Shown here: positions 8,846 through 19,583 of the stretch, in pieces
How positions within the stretch are numbered: position 1 is the stretch's first letter
Layout: each line of letters opens with the position of its first letter
Source: an uncultured Actinomycetota bacterium
GTDB taxonomy: Bacteria > Actinomycetota > Actinomycetes > Streptosporangiales > Streptosporangiaceae
NCBI GenBank assembly: GCA_963767685.1
Contig: CAVYEZ010000013.1
Location: forward strand, 46,457 to 78,456
Length of the DNA stretch: 32,000 bases
Direction: 5' to 3'
Position numbers and translations under genes: made by a program
The notes under the pieces: generated by a model
Databases searched by the model: none
Told to the model about the DNA's origin: nothing
What the model saw: only the letters and a program-made list of their open reading frames with translations

Positions 8846-11492
8846 ATGCACCGTCCGAGACACCCCCGTCGACTGCGCCTGATCGGGTCACTCGCGGTCG
8901 GCATTGCCGCCGTGACCACGGCGCTCGGGACAGCACAGCCAGGCTCGGCCGCCACGACCGGGCAACGTCCGTTGCAAGGAGCGGCCGCGCGCCAGTCAGC
9001 GCTCTATAACTTCCTCAAAACGGGCACGTCCGCCCCGGCGAGCCCGGCCCTCACTCCGGCTGCCACTCCACCGTCGCACCGACCGCTCCGACCAACACCC
9101 ACCAGGGTGACGACGGCGACCTCGCGGACACGATGGCCGCCTACAACGCCGAGCGCACCGCGCCCGCCGGGTACCTAACCGGGGACGCGATCGGCGCCGC
9201 CGCGCAGCAGGCCGCGCAGATCCCGTCGACGCCGGGCAAGTGGCAGCAGTTCACCACCCAGGCGTACAACGGCCAGCCGTCCAATTACACCGACCCGTTC
9301 TGGTCGAACGTCGGCGCTGGCTTCTCCCTCGTCGGCGGCCGGGTCACGGCGCTGGCGACCACTCGGGACGGTGCCTGGTTCGCGGGCGCGGCCGACGGCG
9401 GCGTGTGGCGCTCCTACGACCAGGGCGCGCACTGGACCCCGGTCACCGACAACCTGCCCGACATGTCCACCGGCGCCCTCGCGGTCGATCCGGTGAACGG
9501 CTCGCTGTGGCTGGGCACCGGCGAGGCCAATGAGTCGCAGGACTCCTACCAGGGCGACGGCGTATGGGTCACCACCAACGACGGCAATTCCTGGAAGGAG
9601 GTGGGCGGCAAGGCCGACCCGATCGGGCCGCGCACGATCTTCCGCATCGCCTTCGACCCGTCCGGTGACGCGTACGCGGCCACGAACAACGGCTTGTTCC
9701 GCTGGGACGCGTCCCGGCAGCAGTGGTCTGAGGTCCTCGACCCGGCCGGCCCCACCGATTTCCCGCCGTACGACCAGCAGGTGACCGACGTCGCGGTTGT
9801 CCCGGGGACGGGCGGCAAGGACGTCATCACCGCGATCGGCTGGCACGGGCCGGGCAACACGGCCTACAACGGCTTCTACGAATCGACCAACTACGGGCAG
9901 TCGTTCAGCGAGGTCACGCCGACCGGAGACATCATCGCCTCCGACATCGGCCGCACCACCTTCGCCTACTCGGCGGACGGCAGCAAGCTGTACGCGGTCG
10001 TCCAGTCGCCCGCCATGGAGGCGGCCGGAGACGAGTCCGTGCTCCAGGGCATTTTCGTCGCGTCGGGAACGGGTTCCAGCCCCGCCAGCGTGACCGGCCC
10101 CTGGACCAAGATCGGCGACGAGGCCTCGCTCGCCGCCTCCGGTTCGGCCCTGGCCGTCGGCTCCGGCTACGGCGTCGGCATCCAGGCCTGGTACAACGAG
10201 GACCTCGCGGTCGACCCGAGTAACCCCGAGCCATGTGTACGTGGGGCTTGAGGAAGTCTTCGAGTCCACCAACGCCGGCCAGACCTGGGTGGCGGCCAGC
10301 CCGTACTGGAACTACCCGTTCGCCTGCGACGCGACGAACACGTGCCCGATCACCACGCACCCCGACCAGCACGCCATGATGATCACCGACGGCAAGATCG
10401 TCATCGGCAACGACGGCGGCGTGTACAGCCGGCCGCTGAGCGACGACGCCGAGGACGGCAACTGGACCGACCTCAACACCACCCTGCACGACCTGCAGTT
10501 CTACGACGCCCGGGCCGGGCAGTTGTCCGACGGGACCACCCAGGTGGTCGGCGGAATGCAGGACAACGGCACCATGGTGGACGACACCGCGTTCACCCAG
10601 TCGGCCGAGGCGGCCGGCGGTGACGGGTTCGACGTGATCGTCGATCCGGCCAACGCCAACAACTGGGTCGGCGAGTACACCTACGGCGCGCTGTACACCA
10701 CCACCGACGGCGGCCACTCGTTCAGCCGACTACGCCAGCTTCACCTGCGCCGGCCAGGCGACGGTCGGCCAGACGCCGAACGCGAACTGCGACCCGAATC
10801 CACGGTTCGTCATGCCGCTCGTCCCGGACCAGCAGAACCCCAGCACCTGGATCGGCGGCGGCGAGGACGTGTGGGTCTCCACGAGCGGCTGGAACACGTC
10901 CTGCGCCACCGAGGCGACCTGTGACTGGACGCCGGTCTACGACACCGGGGCGGGCAACTCGGTCACGGCGCTGTCGTCAACCGGCAACGGCAAGGTCATC
11001 TACGCCGCGTGGGTCGCTGGCGGCGGAAACCCCGGCCCGACGTTCGCCTCGGGCATCGCCACCAACTACGGCGGCACCTGGCACGAGGTGAACACGGCCG
11101 GCCTGCCGGACCGGTACATCGCCGGCGTCACCGTCGACCCGGCCAACCCGGCCCACGCCTACGCGGTATTCAACGGGTACTCCCGGCGGTTCGTCCCCGG
11201 CGGCGGCACCGGCCACGTCTTCGAGACGTGGAACGGCGGCCAGACCTGGACCGACATCTCCGGCAACCTGCCGGACATCGCCTCCGACGCCCTGGTGCTC
11301 GCCCACGGCCAGCTCGCCCTGGCCACCGACGCCGGGGTGTACACCGCCGGCGAGTTCGCGGGCTCCCGCACCACGTGGCGCCACCTCGGCTCCGGCCTGC
11401 CGAACGTCGCGGTCGATGACCTGACGTCCGGCCCCGGGGGCTATATCTATGCCGCCACGCACGGGCGCGGCGTCTGGCGCTTCAGGCTCTAG
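8846..11492 (+). pseudogene. secreted BNR/Asp-box repeat beta-propeller protein (sialidase/GH74/sortilin-Vps10-like fold); three frame breaks
   Basis: Signal peptide MHRPRHPRRLRLIGSLAVGIAAVTTALGTAQPGSA after a GGAGA SD. Seven SxDxGxTW-like Asp-boxes are present: RSYDQGAHWTPV, TTNDGNSWKEV, ESTNYGQSFSEV, ESTNAGQTWVAA, TTTDGGHSFS, TNYGGTWHEV and TWNGGQTWTDI. The protein is split over track ORFs 8846-9178, 9133-10251, 10235-10924 and 10812-11492. Junctions are near 9066, near 10231 (GAGCCATGTG where GAGCATGTG would read EHVYVG) and near 10725. Confidence 0.75.
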
Positions 11493-11522
11493 ACCGTCAC
11501 CTCATAGAGAACGGAATCACCC

Positions 11523-11555
11523 GCCCTGCCCCAGGCCGCCCGCCTGGGGCGGGGC
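11523..11555 (+). terminator. probable intrinsic terminator after the BNR gene
   Basis: GC-rich stem GCCCCAGG/CCTGGGGC (extendable to 11523-11555) with loop CCGCCCG, followed by TTCCCTTTCC. Confidence 0.45.
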
Positions 11556-11617
11556 TTCCCTTTCCGGCAGCGCCCAAGCTTGCCGGGCAGGACGACAAGT
11601 TGGCCTAGATTTGTCGG

Positions 11618-13285
<1,668 letters not shown>

Positions 13286-14765
13286 AGCGCGGTGACCGGG
13301 AACAAAAGTCATCATCCAGAACGGGTTCGTGTTTCACGTCACGAGTACCGGCTTCGCGAGCGGGCACGACGCCCGTAAAGCCGGGAAAATCAGTTACGGT
13401 TCCGCTATGGGCCTGATGGCATCGGCCGGGGAGCCGGCCGCGGTGATTGAGGCCGGGACTGATCGCCTGGCACAGGCGTTCGTGGACTGCCTTCTCGACA
13501 GCGCCCTTGAGCCGGTTCTCGACGCCGCGGTTCAGCGGGGCGGGCAGGGCGCGAAGCGGAAGAAGAACGCCGGCGCTGCCACCCAGATAGATGGCGCGGA
13601 AGTCGCGCGGGCCCTGCTGGCGGTGACGGTCTGCGACCCGGCCTGCGGCTCGGGGAGCCTCCTGGTCGCGGCGGCCCGCCGGATCGCGCGGCGCGTGGCG
13701 GAGGCCCGCGAGGGGAACCAGTCGCCGGACGCGCTGCGGCGGGCGATGCGCGAGGTGGTAGGCAGCTGCATCTACGGTGTCGACGCCAGCCGCGAGGCGG
13801 TGGAACGGACGAAGGACCGCCTGCGGCTGGCGGCCGACGTCCCGGGCATGACGCCGCCTTTCCTGGACGGGCGCGTCAGACCGGGAAATGCCCTGATCGG
13901 CGCGAGTCCGGACCTGATCGAGAGCGGCATCCCCGACGAGGCATTCCGAACGGCCGACGGTGACGACCGCAGGCATGCCCGTTCCCTGCGCCGCGCCAAC
14001 GGCAAGCCGGACCCCGGGCAGGCAACCCTGTTCAGTGAGCAGGGCGGGTACTCGCACTCCAACGACGCCCTGAAAAAGTCCCTGGTGAAGATCGGGAGGC
14101 TGCCCGGCGGGGCATCGGCCGATGACCGCCGCCAGGCGGCCGAGTACCAGAAGTGGCGCGACTCGGCTGCCTTCCGCGCGAAACGCCTGATCGCCGACGC
14201 CTGGTGCGCGGCCTTCGCCTGGGCTAAGACCCCGGACGCGCCGCCCGCGATCGTCAACCGGGTCCTGCTGGACCTGCGGGAGCGGGGGGCCGAAGGGGTT
14301 CTCCCCGCCGAGTCCCTGGCGGAGCTCGACCGGCTGCGCGGTGAGCACGGTTTCTTCCACTGGGACCTGGAGTTCCCCGACGTCTTCCGTGTTCCCGAGG
14401 GCGAGACCCGGTGGCGGGGCGGCTTCAGCTGCGTCCTGTCCGCCCCGCCACGGGAGAAGATCGACCGCCGCGGGGAGAGCACGGCCTTCCGGTTCGCCAC
14501 GGGCTCGGGGGCGTATCCCGAATGCGCGGCCGCCCTGGCCGAACCGGGCGTGTCGGCGCTGGCCGCGGACCAGCTTTTCATCGAGCGGGCCATGACGATC
14601 CTCGCCCCCGACGGCCGCGCGGGCTGCGCCGTTTCCGCGGGCACCGCCGCCGCCCCCGGTGCGAGGCACCTGCTCGGCGGCCTGATGCGCCGCGGCGCGC
14701 TGGCGTCCCTGTATGACTTCACCGGTGCCGACGCCCCGTGCTGCCTGCTCACTTTCGTCGGCGGC

Positions 14766-14805
14766 CCTGTGCGCGACGGTCCTGTGCGCGACGGTCCTGT
14801 GCGCG
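14766..14805 (+). repeat. 15-bp tandem repeat CCTGTGCGCGACGGT, 2.7 copies, at the methyltransferase frame break
   Basis: Read directly from the sequence. It encodes GPVRD-GPVRD-GPVRA in the upstream frame. The frame switch lies just downstream, at about 14806-14820. Confidence 0.9.
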
Positions 14806-15354
14806 CGGGGCGCGGCCAGGTTCGCGTTCCGGCTGGACGGCCCCGCTGACCTCGGCGACGACGGCCGGTCGTTCACGCTGACGCCGGGCGAGGCCGCGCT
14901 CATCAACCCGAACACCGGCGCGCTGCCGGCCTTTCGCGGCTCTAGGGACGCCGCGCTCATCGCGGCGATCTACCGCCGCGCGCCGGCGCTCTGTATCGAA
15001 ACACGGGGAGACGAGACGCGGCCCGACGGGAACCCGTGGAAGATGAGGCTGGAAACGGCGTTCCCCCGGGCCGCCGCCGACACGGGGCTGCTCCGCGCTG
15101 ACCAGGAACTGCGCGACGAAGGCTGGGAACTGGCGGGAAGCACCCTTACCCGCGACGGCCAGTACATGCTCCCGGTCTATGAGCCCCCGATGATTGACCT
15201 GTTCGACCACCGGGTCGCGCGGCCGCGGTACTGGATCGCCGAGCACGGGCCAGTCGCCGTCAAGCGCAAAGGCGGGACCGCCCAGCGCCCCGGCGTGGCC
15301 GACCGCCTCGCGGAACTTGGCTGGAACTGGGAATGGCTGTGCGCTTGGCGCACG

Positions 15355-15399
15355 CCCGTGCGTGAACGGCCCGTGTCTGACAGGCCCGTGCCTGAGAGG
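15355..15399 (+). repeat. imperfect 15-bp tandem repeat x3 (CCCGTGCGTGAACGG / CCCGTGTCTGACAGG / CCCGTGCCTGAGAGG)
   Basis: Read directly from the sequence. It encodes PVRER-PVSDR-PVPER, inserted just before the conserved ...ERT.. segment of the methyltransferase C-terminal domain. Confidence 0.85.
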
Positions 15400-16081
15400 A
15401 CAGCCGTCGCGGTGTTCCTGCCGCGCGCGGCCACTGCCGGTTCCCTGCCCCTGATGCTGCCGCGCGTCGTGCCGCCGTTCGCCGCGGCCCTGATCGCAGC
15501 GCAGAGCTCGCTGGTCTTCGATTACGTCGCCCGGCAGAAGGTCGACGGCCCCGCCGTGCGGGCGGCCGACTGGAAGCAGCTTCCCGTGCCGGCCCCCGAC
15601 ACGCTGGAGCCGTTCCTGCCGTTCATCGTCCCCCGGGTGCTCGAGCTCGTGTACACCTCGCCCGACATGCGGCCGCTGGCCCGCGACCTGGACGATGGGG
15701 GCGAGGATCCGTTCGCCTGGGATCCCGGCCGCCGGGCCAGCCTGCGGGCGGAACTGGACGCCTTGTTCTTCCGCGTGTACGGGATCGACGACCGTGACGA
15801 CGTGGAGTACATCACCGGCGCGCTCCAGGCCGGCGCCGACGACCCAGAACCGGGCAAGAGCCGCGACGACAGAGGTCGGGGCGCCAGGGAACTCATCCTG
15901 GCCACCTACGACCGCATGGTGGAAGCCGGCGCCGCCGGAGCCGAGTACGAAACCCGGATCTTCCCGCCTCCCGGCCACGGACCCAGGAGCAGGCCCATCT
16001 GACAGCGGGCGCGGCGCGCTCAGCCGTGACACCGCTGAGCGTCGTGCCCTAACCGTTACCTAAGTCCGCGCATCTAGAGTC

Positions 16082-16297
16082 CCCGCCGATCACGACCTGG
16101 TCAAGGATGACATCCCGATCAGACTCGGACCGGTGGGGGGACGGCTGGTTGGTGAAGTCTTTGCCTCCCTGCTTCGCGGTGACCTCGCCTCGTACCTCTA
16201 CGCCCAGCCTGCGTTCACACCGATCGCGGACTTCACGCGCGGGGGAACATTCGGACTCGCCGAGCCGATCAACGTGGCCCTGGGCCGCACGCCCTGA
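16082..16297 (+). pseudogene. C-terminal remnant (about 71 codons) of a haem-peroxidase-family gene
   Basis: Translation PADHDLVKDDIPIRLGPVGGRLVGEVFASLLRGDLASYLYAQPAFTPIADFTRGGTFGLAEPINVALGRTP*. This resembles the conserved C-terminal LGPVGGRIVAEV..GLL.GD..SYL...P.W.P motif of bacterial animal-haem-peroxidase homologues, as I recall it. The frame is closed by TAA at 16061-16063, so no N-terminal part exists. Confidence 0.4.
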
Positions 16298-16303
16298 CCA
16301 TCC

Positions 16304-16447
16304 TCAGCTGATCATTGACCGGATCAGGGCGCCGCTCTCGACCTCGGCGCTGTACCGGGTGCTGAGCGCGCCGAACTCGAGCATGACGTTGGCGACGCGC
16401 TGGATATTCGGCGCCTCCACCGAGCCGGTCGTAAAATTGCTGTTGCG
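16304..16447 (-). pseudogene. unassigned 3' gene fragment
   Basis: The minus-frame translation RNSNFTTGSVEAPNIQRVANVMLEFGALSTRYSAEVESGALIRSMIS* has third-position G+C of about 90%, which is coding-like. The frame has no plausible 5' part and runs into an AT-rich stretch at 16440-16510. I do not recognise the family. Confidence 0.25.
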
Positions 16448-16594
16448 TGAGCGGTATTCGGGCGGCCGCCGCGTTGAATATGTACATGATTTGTTTAATC
16501 ACTGGCGACTTTGTGGGGCCGCTCTTGGCGCCGACGCGAAGGGTCCGCCAGGCGGCCGGGCGGCGAGGACCGGGAGGCGCCGGGTTTCAACCCG

Positions 16595-16669
16595 CTAGTC
16601 AAGCCAGCGTGGTGTTGTCAGCACGTGCGCGGTTTTGGATATGCCGGCGATATGCGCGGGCTCGTAGCC
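16595..16669 (+). repeat. copy A of a van-type intergenic/promoter module (diverged duplicate of 19584-19658)
   Basis: Ungapped hand alignment with 19584-19658 gives 56/75 identical positions. The core is CGGTTTTGGATATGCCGGCGATATG versus CGGTTTTCGATACGCCGACGATATG. It lies 8 nt upstream of the ATG of the response-regulator stub. Confidence 0.7.
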
Positions 16670-16677
16670 TCGGGAGC

Positions 16678-16701
16678 ATGCGTGTGCTGGTGGTCGAGGA
16701 T
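16678..16701 (+). pseudogene. 8-codon stub of an OmpR/VanR-type response regulator gene (MRVLVVED...)
   Basis: ATG CGT GTG CTG GTG GTC GAG GAT is the canonical receiver-domain N-terminus. The sequence after codon 8 (CPASATAS...) is not receiver-like and leads into the IS256 fragment. Confidence 0.35.
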
Positions 16702-16730
16702 TGCCCGGCGTCGGCTACCGCATCGACACA

Positions 16731-16814
16731 AAGTGGACCATGCGCTGGAAGCCAGCCCTGAACGCATTCGCGATAACCTTCGGCGACCGCTTCCCTGCGG
16801 CCGAGACCTACTAA
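16731..16814 (+). mobile_element. 3' remnant of an IS256-family (mutator-type) transposase gene
   Basis: Translation KWTMRWKPALNAFAITFGDRFPAAETY* matches the conserved extreme C-terminus of IS256-family transposases (W...RWK.ALNAFAI.FGDR). Nothing upstream of about 16705 resembles the rest of the transposase. Confidence 0.6.
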
Positions 16815-16866
16815 CCAAGACCGCCGGAAACACCGTTGGCGAGATAGTCCCGGGCTCTGCGTCACG

Positions 16867-16885
16867 GTGCGGCTGCCCGCCGCAC
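16867..16885 (-). terminator. small hairpin downstream of vanX
   Basis: GTGCGGC-TGCCC-GCCGCAC, 14 nt after the vanX stop codon. No U-tract. Confidence 0.3.
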
Positions 16886-16898
16886 AACCAGCGGGGGA

Positions 16899-17507
16899 CT
16901 ACGTGATGGGGAAATCGAAGTAGGTGTTGGGGTACGGCTCGTGTTTGAGGGTGTAGTGCCACCATTCGCGTGCGTAGGAGTCGAAGCCGCAGTCCTGCAT
17001 GATGGTGCGGAGGTGGTGCCGGTTTTCCGCTTCGGCTGACGTGATTCCTCGTGCTCCGTGATGGGACAGCGCGTCCATCAAGTCGTGGTCGCCGCCCATG
17101 GGAGCAAGATCACCGGTGGCTAGCTGGTACAGCGTCAGGTCGACGGTGCCGCCCCGGCTGTGACCTGACCTGGCGGCCACATAGCCCCGCTCGAACACCT
17201 CCGGCCTGCCGATGTTCGGGTAGTGACGTCGTTTCGTGCGGCCGTTCTCCGGCTGCCTCGACCAGCGCAGGAAGCAGTCGACGGCGCGCTGCGGGCGGTA
17301 GCCGTCCCACAGGAGCAGGCCGAAGCCCAGGGATGCGGCTTCTTCTTCGGCTCTGTTCAGGGCGGCGCACAGGGCCCTGGTGCCGACGATGCGGTTGGCT
17401 TGGTATCCGTCCACCGGTTTGCCGGTGAAGTTGTCCCAGGTGGCGTATTTGGCATCCCACCGTATGCCGGGGACGAACTCGTCGACGAAGACGAAGTCGC
17501 TGTTCAC
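16899..17507 (-). CDS. vanX: D-Ala-D-Ala dipeptidase VanX
   Basis: 202 aa, colinear with Tn1546 VanX. Shared motifs: IRWDAKYATWDNFTGKPVDGY, LLLWDGYRPQRAV, the zinc/catalytic motifs SGHSRGGTVDLT and EWWHY, and the C-terminal YFDFPI. The GTG start overlaps the ligase stop (GTGA). Confidence 0.95.
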   Translation of the reverse strand: MNSDFVFVDEFVPGIRWDAKYATWDNFTGKPVDGYQANRIVGTRALCAALNRAEEEAASLGFGLLLWDGYRPQRAVDCFLRWSRQPENGRTKRRHYPNIGRPEVFERGYVAARSGHSRGGTVDLTLYQLATGDLAPMGGDHDLMDALSHHGARGITSAEAENRHHLRTIMQDCGFDSYAREWWHYTLKHEPYPNTYFDFPIT

Positions 17508-18544
17508 CGCTTCTTGCCGTCCAGCGTCAGCGCCACCAGCCGTTCGATGACGTCGGCGAGGGACAGTCCTGCGGCGGCCATCATTCTCGGGTAGCGGCTG
17601 TAGGAGGTCATGCCGGGCAGGGTGTTGACCTCGTTGAGTACGACCGTTCCGTCGTCGGTCAGGAACGTGTCCACCCGGGCGAGTCCCTTACAGCCCAGAG
17701 CGCGGTAGATGACCTTTGCCGTCTCCTGGACTAGCGAGCGCGCCTCGGCCGGGATGTCGGCGGGCACGACGAACGCGGAGTTCTCTGAGCCGCTTTCCGG
17801 ATTGCTCTCTTGATGGATTCTGAAGAAGCCGTGCGAGAGCGCAACCCGGTCTACCTCGCCTGCGACCAGTCCGAATCGTCCCCCGAGGATGGCGCAGCCG
17901 ACCTCGCTGCCGACAACGGCCTCTTCGATCAGCACCTTGGCGTCGTACTGCCGTGCGGTCTCTATCGCACTCGGCAGTTCTTCTTGTCCAGAAACCTTGC
18001 TGACGCCGAAGGACGAGCCCGAACGGGCCGGCTTGACGAAGACGGGATAGGTAAGGCTGTCCGGGGCGATCTTCTCGTTCTCCGTGATCACCCAGTGTTT
18101 CGGTGTGGCGATTCCCGCGTTACCGGCGACGATATAGGCCAGGGACTTGTCCATGCACAGCGCCGAGCTTGGTATGTCGCAGCCCACGTAGGGAATGCCC
18201 GACAGTTCCAGCAGGCCCTGGATCGCGCCGTCTTCGCCGAGCTTGCCGTGCAGAAGGGGCAAGACCACGTCCAGACGGATCATGTCGTATCGTTCCCGCT
18301 CCAGAACGAGCAGCCCGTGGACGCTTCGGTCCGGTGACAGCACGACTGGGAGGCTGTCGCGGCTCTCCCAGTTCGAGCCCGGGCCGTCACACAGCTTCCA
18401 CGCCCCGGTGGTCGTGATCCCGATCCACAGCGGCTCGTACTTGCCGAGGTCGAGGTGTTTCGCGACCTCCTGCGCGGACTTGACCGACACCGGGTGTTCT
18501 TCGGAGCAGCCGCCGAAGATGATTCCGATTTTCAGCTTTCGCAC
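17504..18544 (-). CDS. vanA: D-alanine--(R)-lactate ligase, VanA/VanB type
   Basis: 346 aa, colinear with enterococcal VanA. Shared motifs: IIFGGCSEEHPVSVKSA, YEPLWIGIT, LHGKLGEDGAIQGLLELSGIPYVGCD, YPVFVKPARSGSSFGV, EVGCAILG, FFRIHQE (D-Lac-specific His), LARVDTFL, NEVNTLPGMTSYSRYPRMMAAAG. The GTG start lies 8 nt after AAGGAG. Confidence 0.95.
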   Translation of the reverse strand: MRKLKIGIIFGGCSEEHPVSVKSAQEVAKHLDLGKYEPLWIGITTTGAWKLCDGPGSNWESRDSLPVVLSPDRSVHGLLVLERERYDMIRLDVVLPLLHGKLGEDGAIQGLLELSGIPYVGCDIPSSALCMDKSLAYIVAGNAGIATPKHWVITENEKIAPDSLTYPVFVKPARSGSSFGVSKVSGQEELPSAIETARQYDAKVLIEEAVVGSEVGCAILGGRFGLVAGEVDRVALSHGFFRIHQESNPESGSENSAFVVPADIPAEARSLVQETAKVIYRALGCKGLARVDTFLTDDGTVVLNEVNTLPGMTSYSRYPRMMAAAGLSLADVIERLVALTLDGKKR

Positions 18545-19578
18545 GCCGTCTTCTCCTTTTCGAACGTGAGGCAGGTGATGATGGTGTTTTCCACGGCGTC
18601 ACTCAAGGCGTGGTCGGTGTAGTAGGCGGTGTGCGGGCTGATGATCACGTTGGGCAGTTGCTGCAGCCGCGTCAGCGGAGTGTTGTCGAGGCGCCTGTTT
18701 CTGCAGTCGGTGTAGAAGATCCCGTCCTCCCCTTCGAGGACGTCCAACGCCGCACCGCCTAGCCGGCCGCTTTCCAGCGCTGAAAGAAGGGACTCGGTGT
18801 CGATCAGTGAGCCGCGCCCGGTGTTGATGATGAACGCGCCGTGCTTCATCTGCCCGATACGCCGACGATCCAGGAGATGGTGCGTGTCCGCGGTGAGCGG
18901 GGTGTGGAGGGTGACGATGTCGCTCTGCTCGAGCAGTTCGTCGAGCGGAACGTAGCGGGCCCCGGTTTCCTGACGGGTGTCGTAGGCCAAGGCCCGGCAG
19001 CCGAATCCCCGCAGCCGGTCCAGGACCGCCGAGCCGATGCGTCCCGTTCCAACGACCCCGACGGTCAGGTCGCGGAGCTCTTTCCCGCGCGCGTCATGCA
19101 GCCGGTAGTCATGAGCGTCGGTCTGGCGGATGACGGATTTCGCATTCCGCACGGCCATCAGCATCAGCATGAGCGCGTAGTCGGCCACGCTGTCGGGTGA
19201 ATAGGCGACATTACCCACGCAGATGCCGACGCTCCGCGCGTAGCTAACGTCGATGTGGTTGTATCCGATACTTCGCGTGGAGACGTACCTGACGCCGGCC
19301 CGGCTGAGCGCCAGCAGGGTGGAACCCGTAACCGGGGTTTTGTGGCCGACGCTGATGCATCGGTTTCCAGACGCCAGCCCGACGTTGGCCTCGGACACCG
19401 CTGCCTCGGTGATAGTCGGCGCAACGCCGAAACGAGGCGCGACCTCCCGGAACACAGCAGCCTCGTCCGGCCCGCACCCGTACACGGTGATTCCCGTGCC
19501 TGGGACAGACGAGGAGGACGCGGACGCCATCGAGGGGGCGCGACCGGCCGCTGGCCGCGCTGGCTCGCTAGAGGTCAT
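18532..19578 (-). CDS. vanH: D-specific alpha-keto acid (pyruvate to D-lactate) dehydrogenase VanH
   Basis: Colinear with Tn1546 VanH. Shared motifs: GITVYGCGPDEA, CISVGHKT, VSTRSIGYNHID, NVAYSPDSVADYALMLMLMAVRN, GVVGTGRIG, IVTLHTPLTADTHH, NTGRG, GGAALDVLEGE, SPHTAYYT. The ATG at 19578 has GGAGGG only 1 nt upstream, which is unusually close. The internal ATG at 19530 (MASASSSS...) is an alternative start. Confidence 0.95.
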   Translation of the reverse strand: MTSSEPARPAAGRAPSMASASSSSVPGTGITVYGCGPDEAAVFREVAPRFGVAPTITEAAVSEANVGLASGNRCISVGHKTPVTGSTLLALSRAGVRYVSTRSIGYNHIDVSYARSVGICVGNVAYSPDSVADYALMLMLMAVRNAKSVIRQTDAHDYRLHDARGKELRDLTVGVVGTGRIGSAVLDRLRGFGCRALAYDTRQETGARYVPLDELLEQSDIVTLHTPLTADTHHLLDRRRIGQMKHGAFIINTGRGSLIDTESLLSALESGRLGGAALDVLEGEDGIFYTDCRNRRLDNTPLTRLQQLPNVIISPHTAYYTDHALSDAVENTIITCLTFEKEKTACES

Positions 19579-19583
19579 GCCCT

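Larger units (their letters stand above)
13329..16002 (+). pseudogene. Eco57I/type-IIG-like gamma-class N6-adenine DNA methyltransferase; probably 5'-truncated, frameshifted near 14812, catalytic motif degenerate
   Basis: Motif I is intact (VCDPACGSGSLLVAAARRIA), as is the family hallmark FFHWDLEFPDVF. Motif IV reads GGFSCVLSAPPREKI where relatives have GGFD.V.GNPPW. The usual YYTP is absent before FVDCLLDSALEPVL. The C-terminal half (track ORF 14713-16002) keeps FTLTPGEAALINPNTGALPAFRGSRDAALIAAIYRR, PVYEPPMIDLFDHR, FDYVARQKVDG, LELVYTSPDM and LRAELDALFFRVYGI. Only about 100 aa precede motif I. Confidence 0.7.

Noticed and set aside
14766-15399. Tandem repeats considered as a possible CRISPR array or minisatellite
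   Set aside because: The units are 15 bp and directly abutting with no spacers. There are only 2-3 copies and they lie inside a coding sequence, so this is not CRISPR architecture. They are reported as in-frame coding repeats instead.
16107-16906. Track ORFs 16107-16598 (+), 16447-16761 (+), 16511-16906 (+) and 16618-16965 (-) as possible vanR/vanS-like or novel genes next to vanX
   Set aside because: None shows receiver, HisKA or HATPase motifs beyond the 8-codon MRVLVVED stub. They run across the junctions of unrelated fragments (peroxidase tail, van module copy A, IS256 tail) and have non-protein-like composition.
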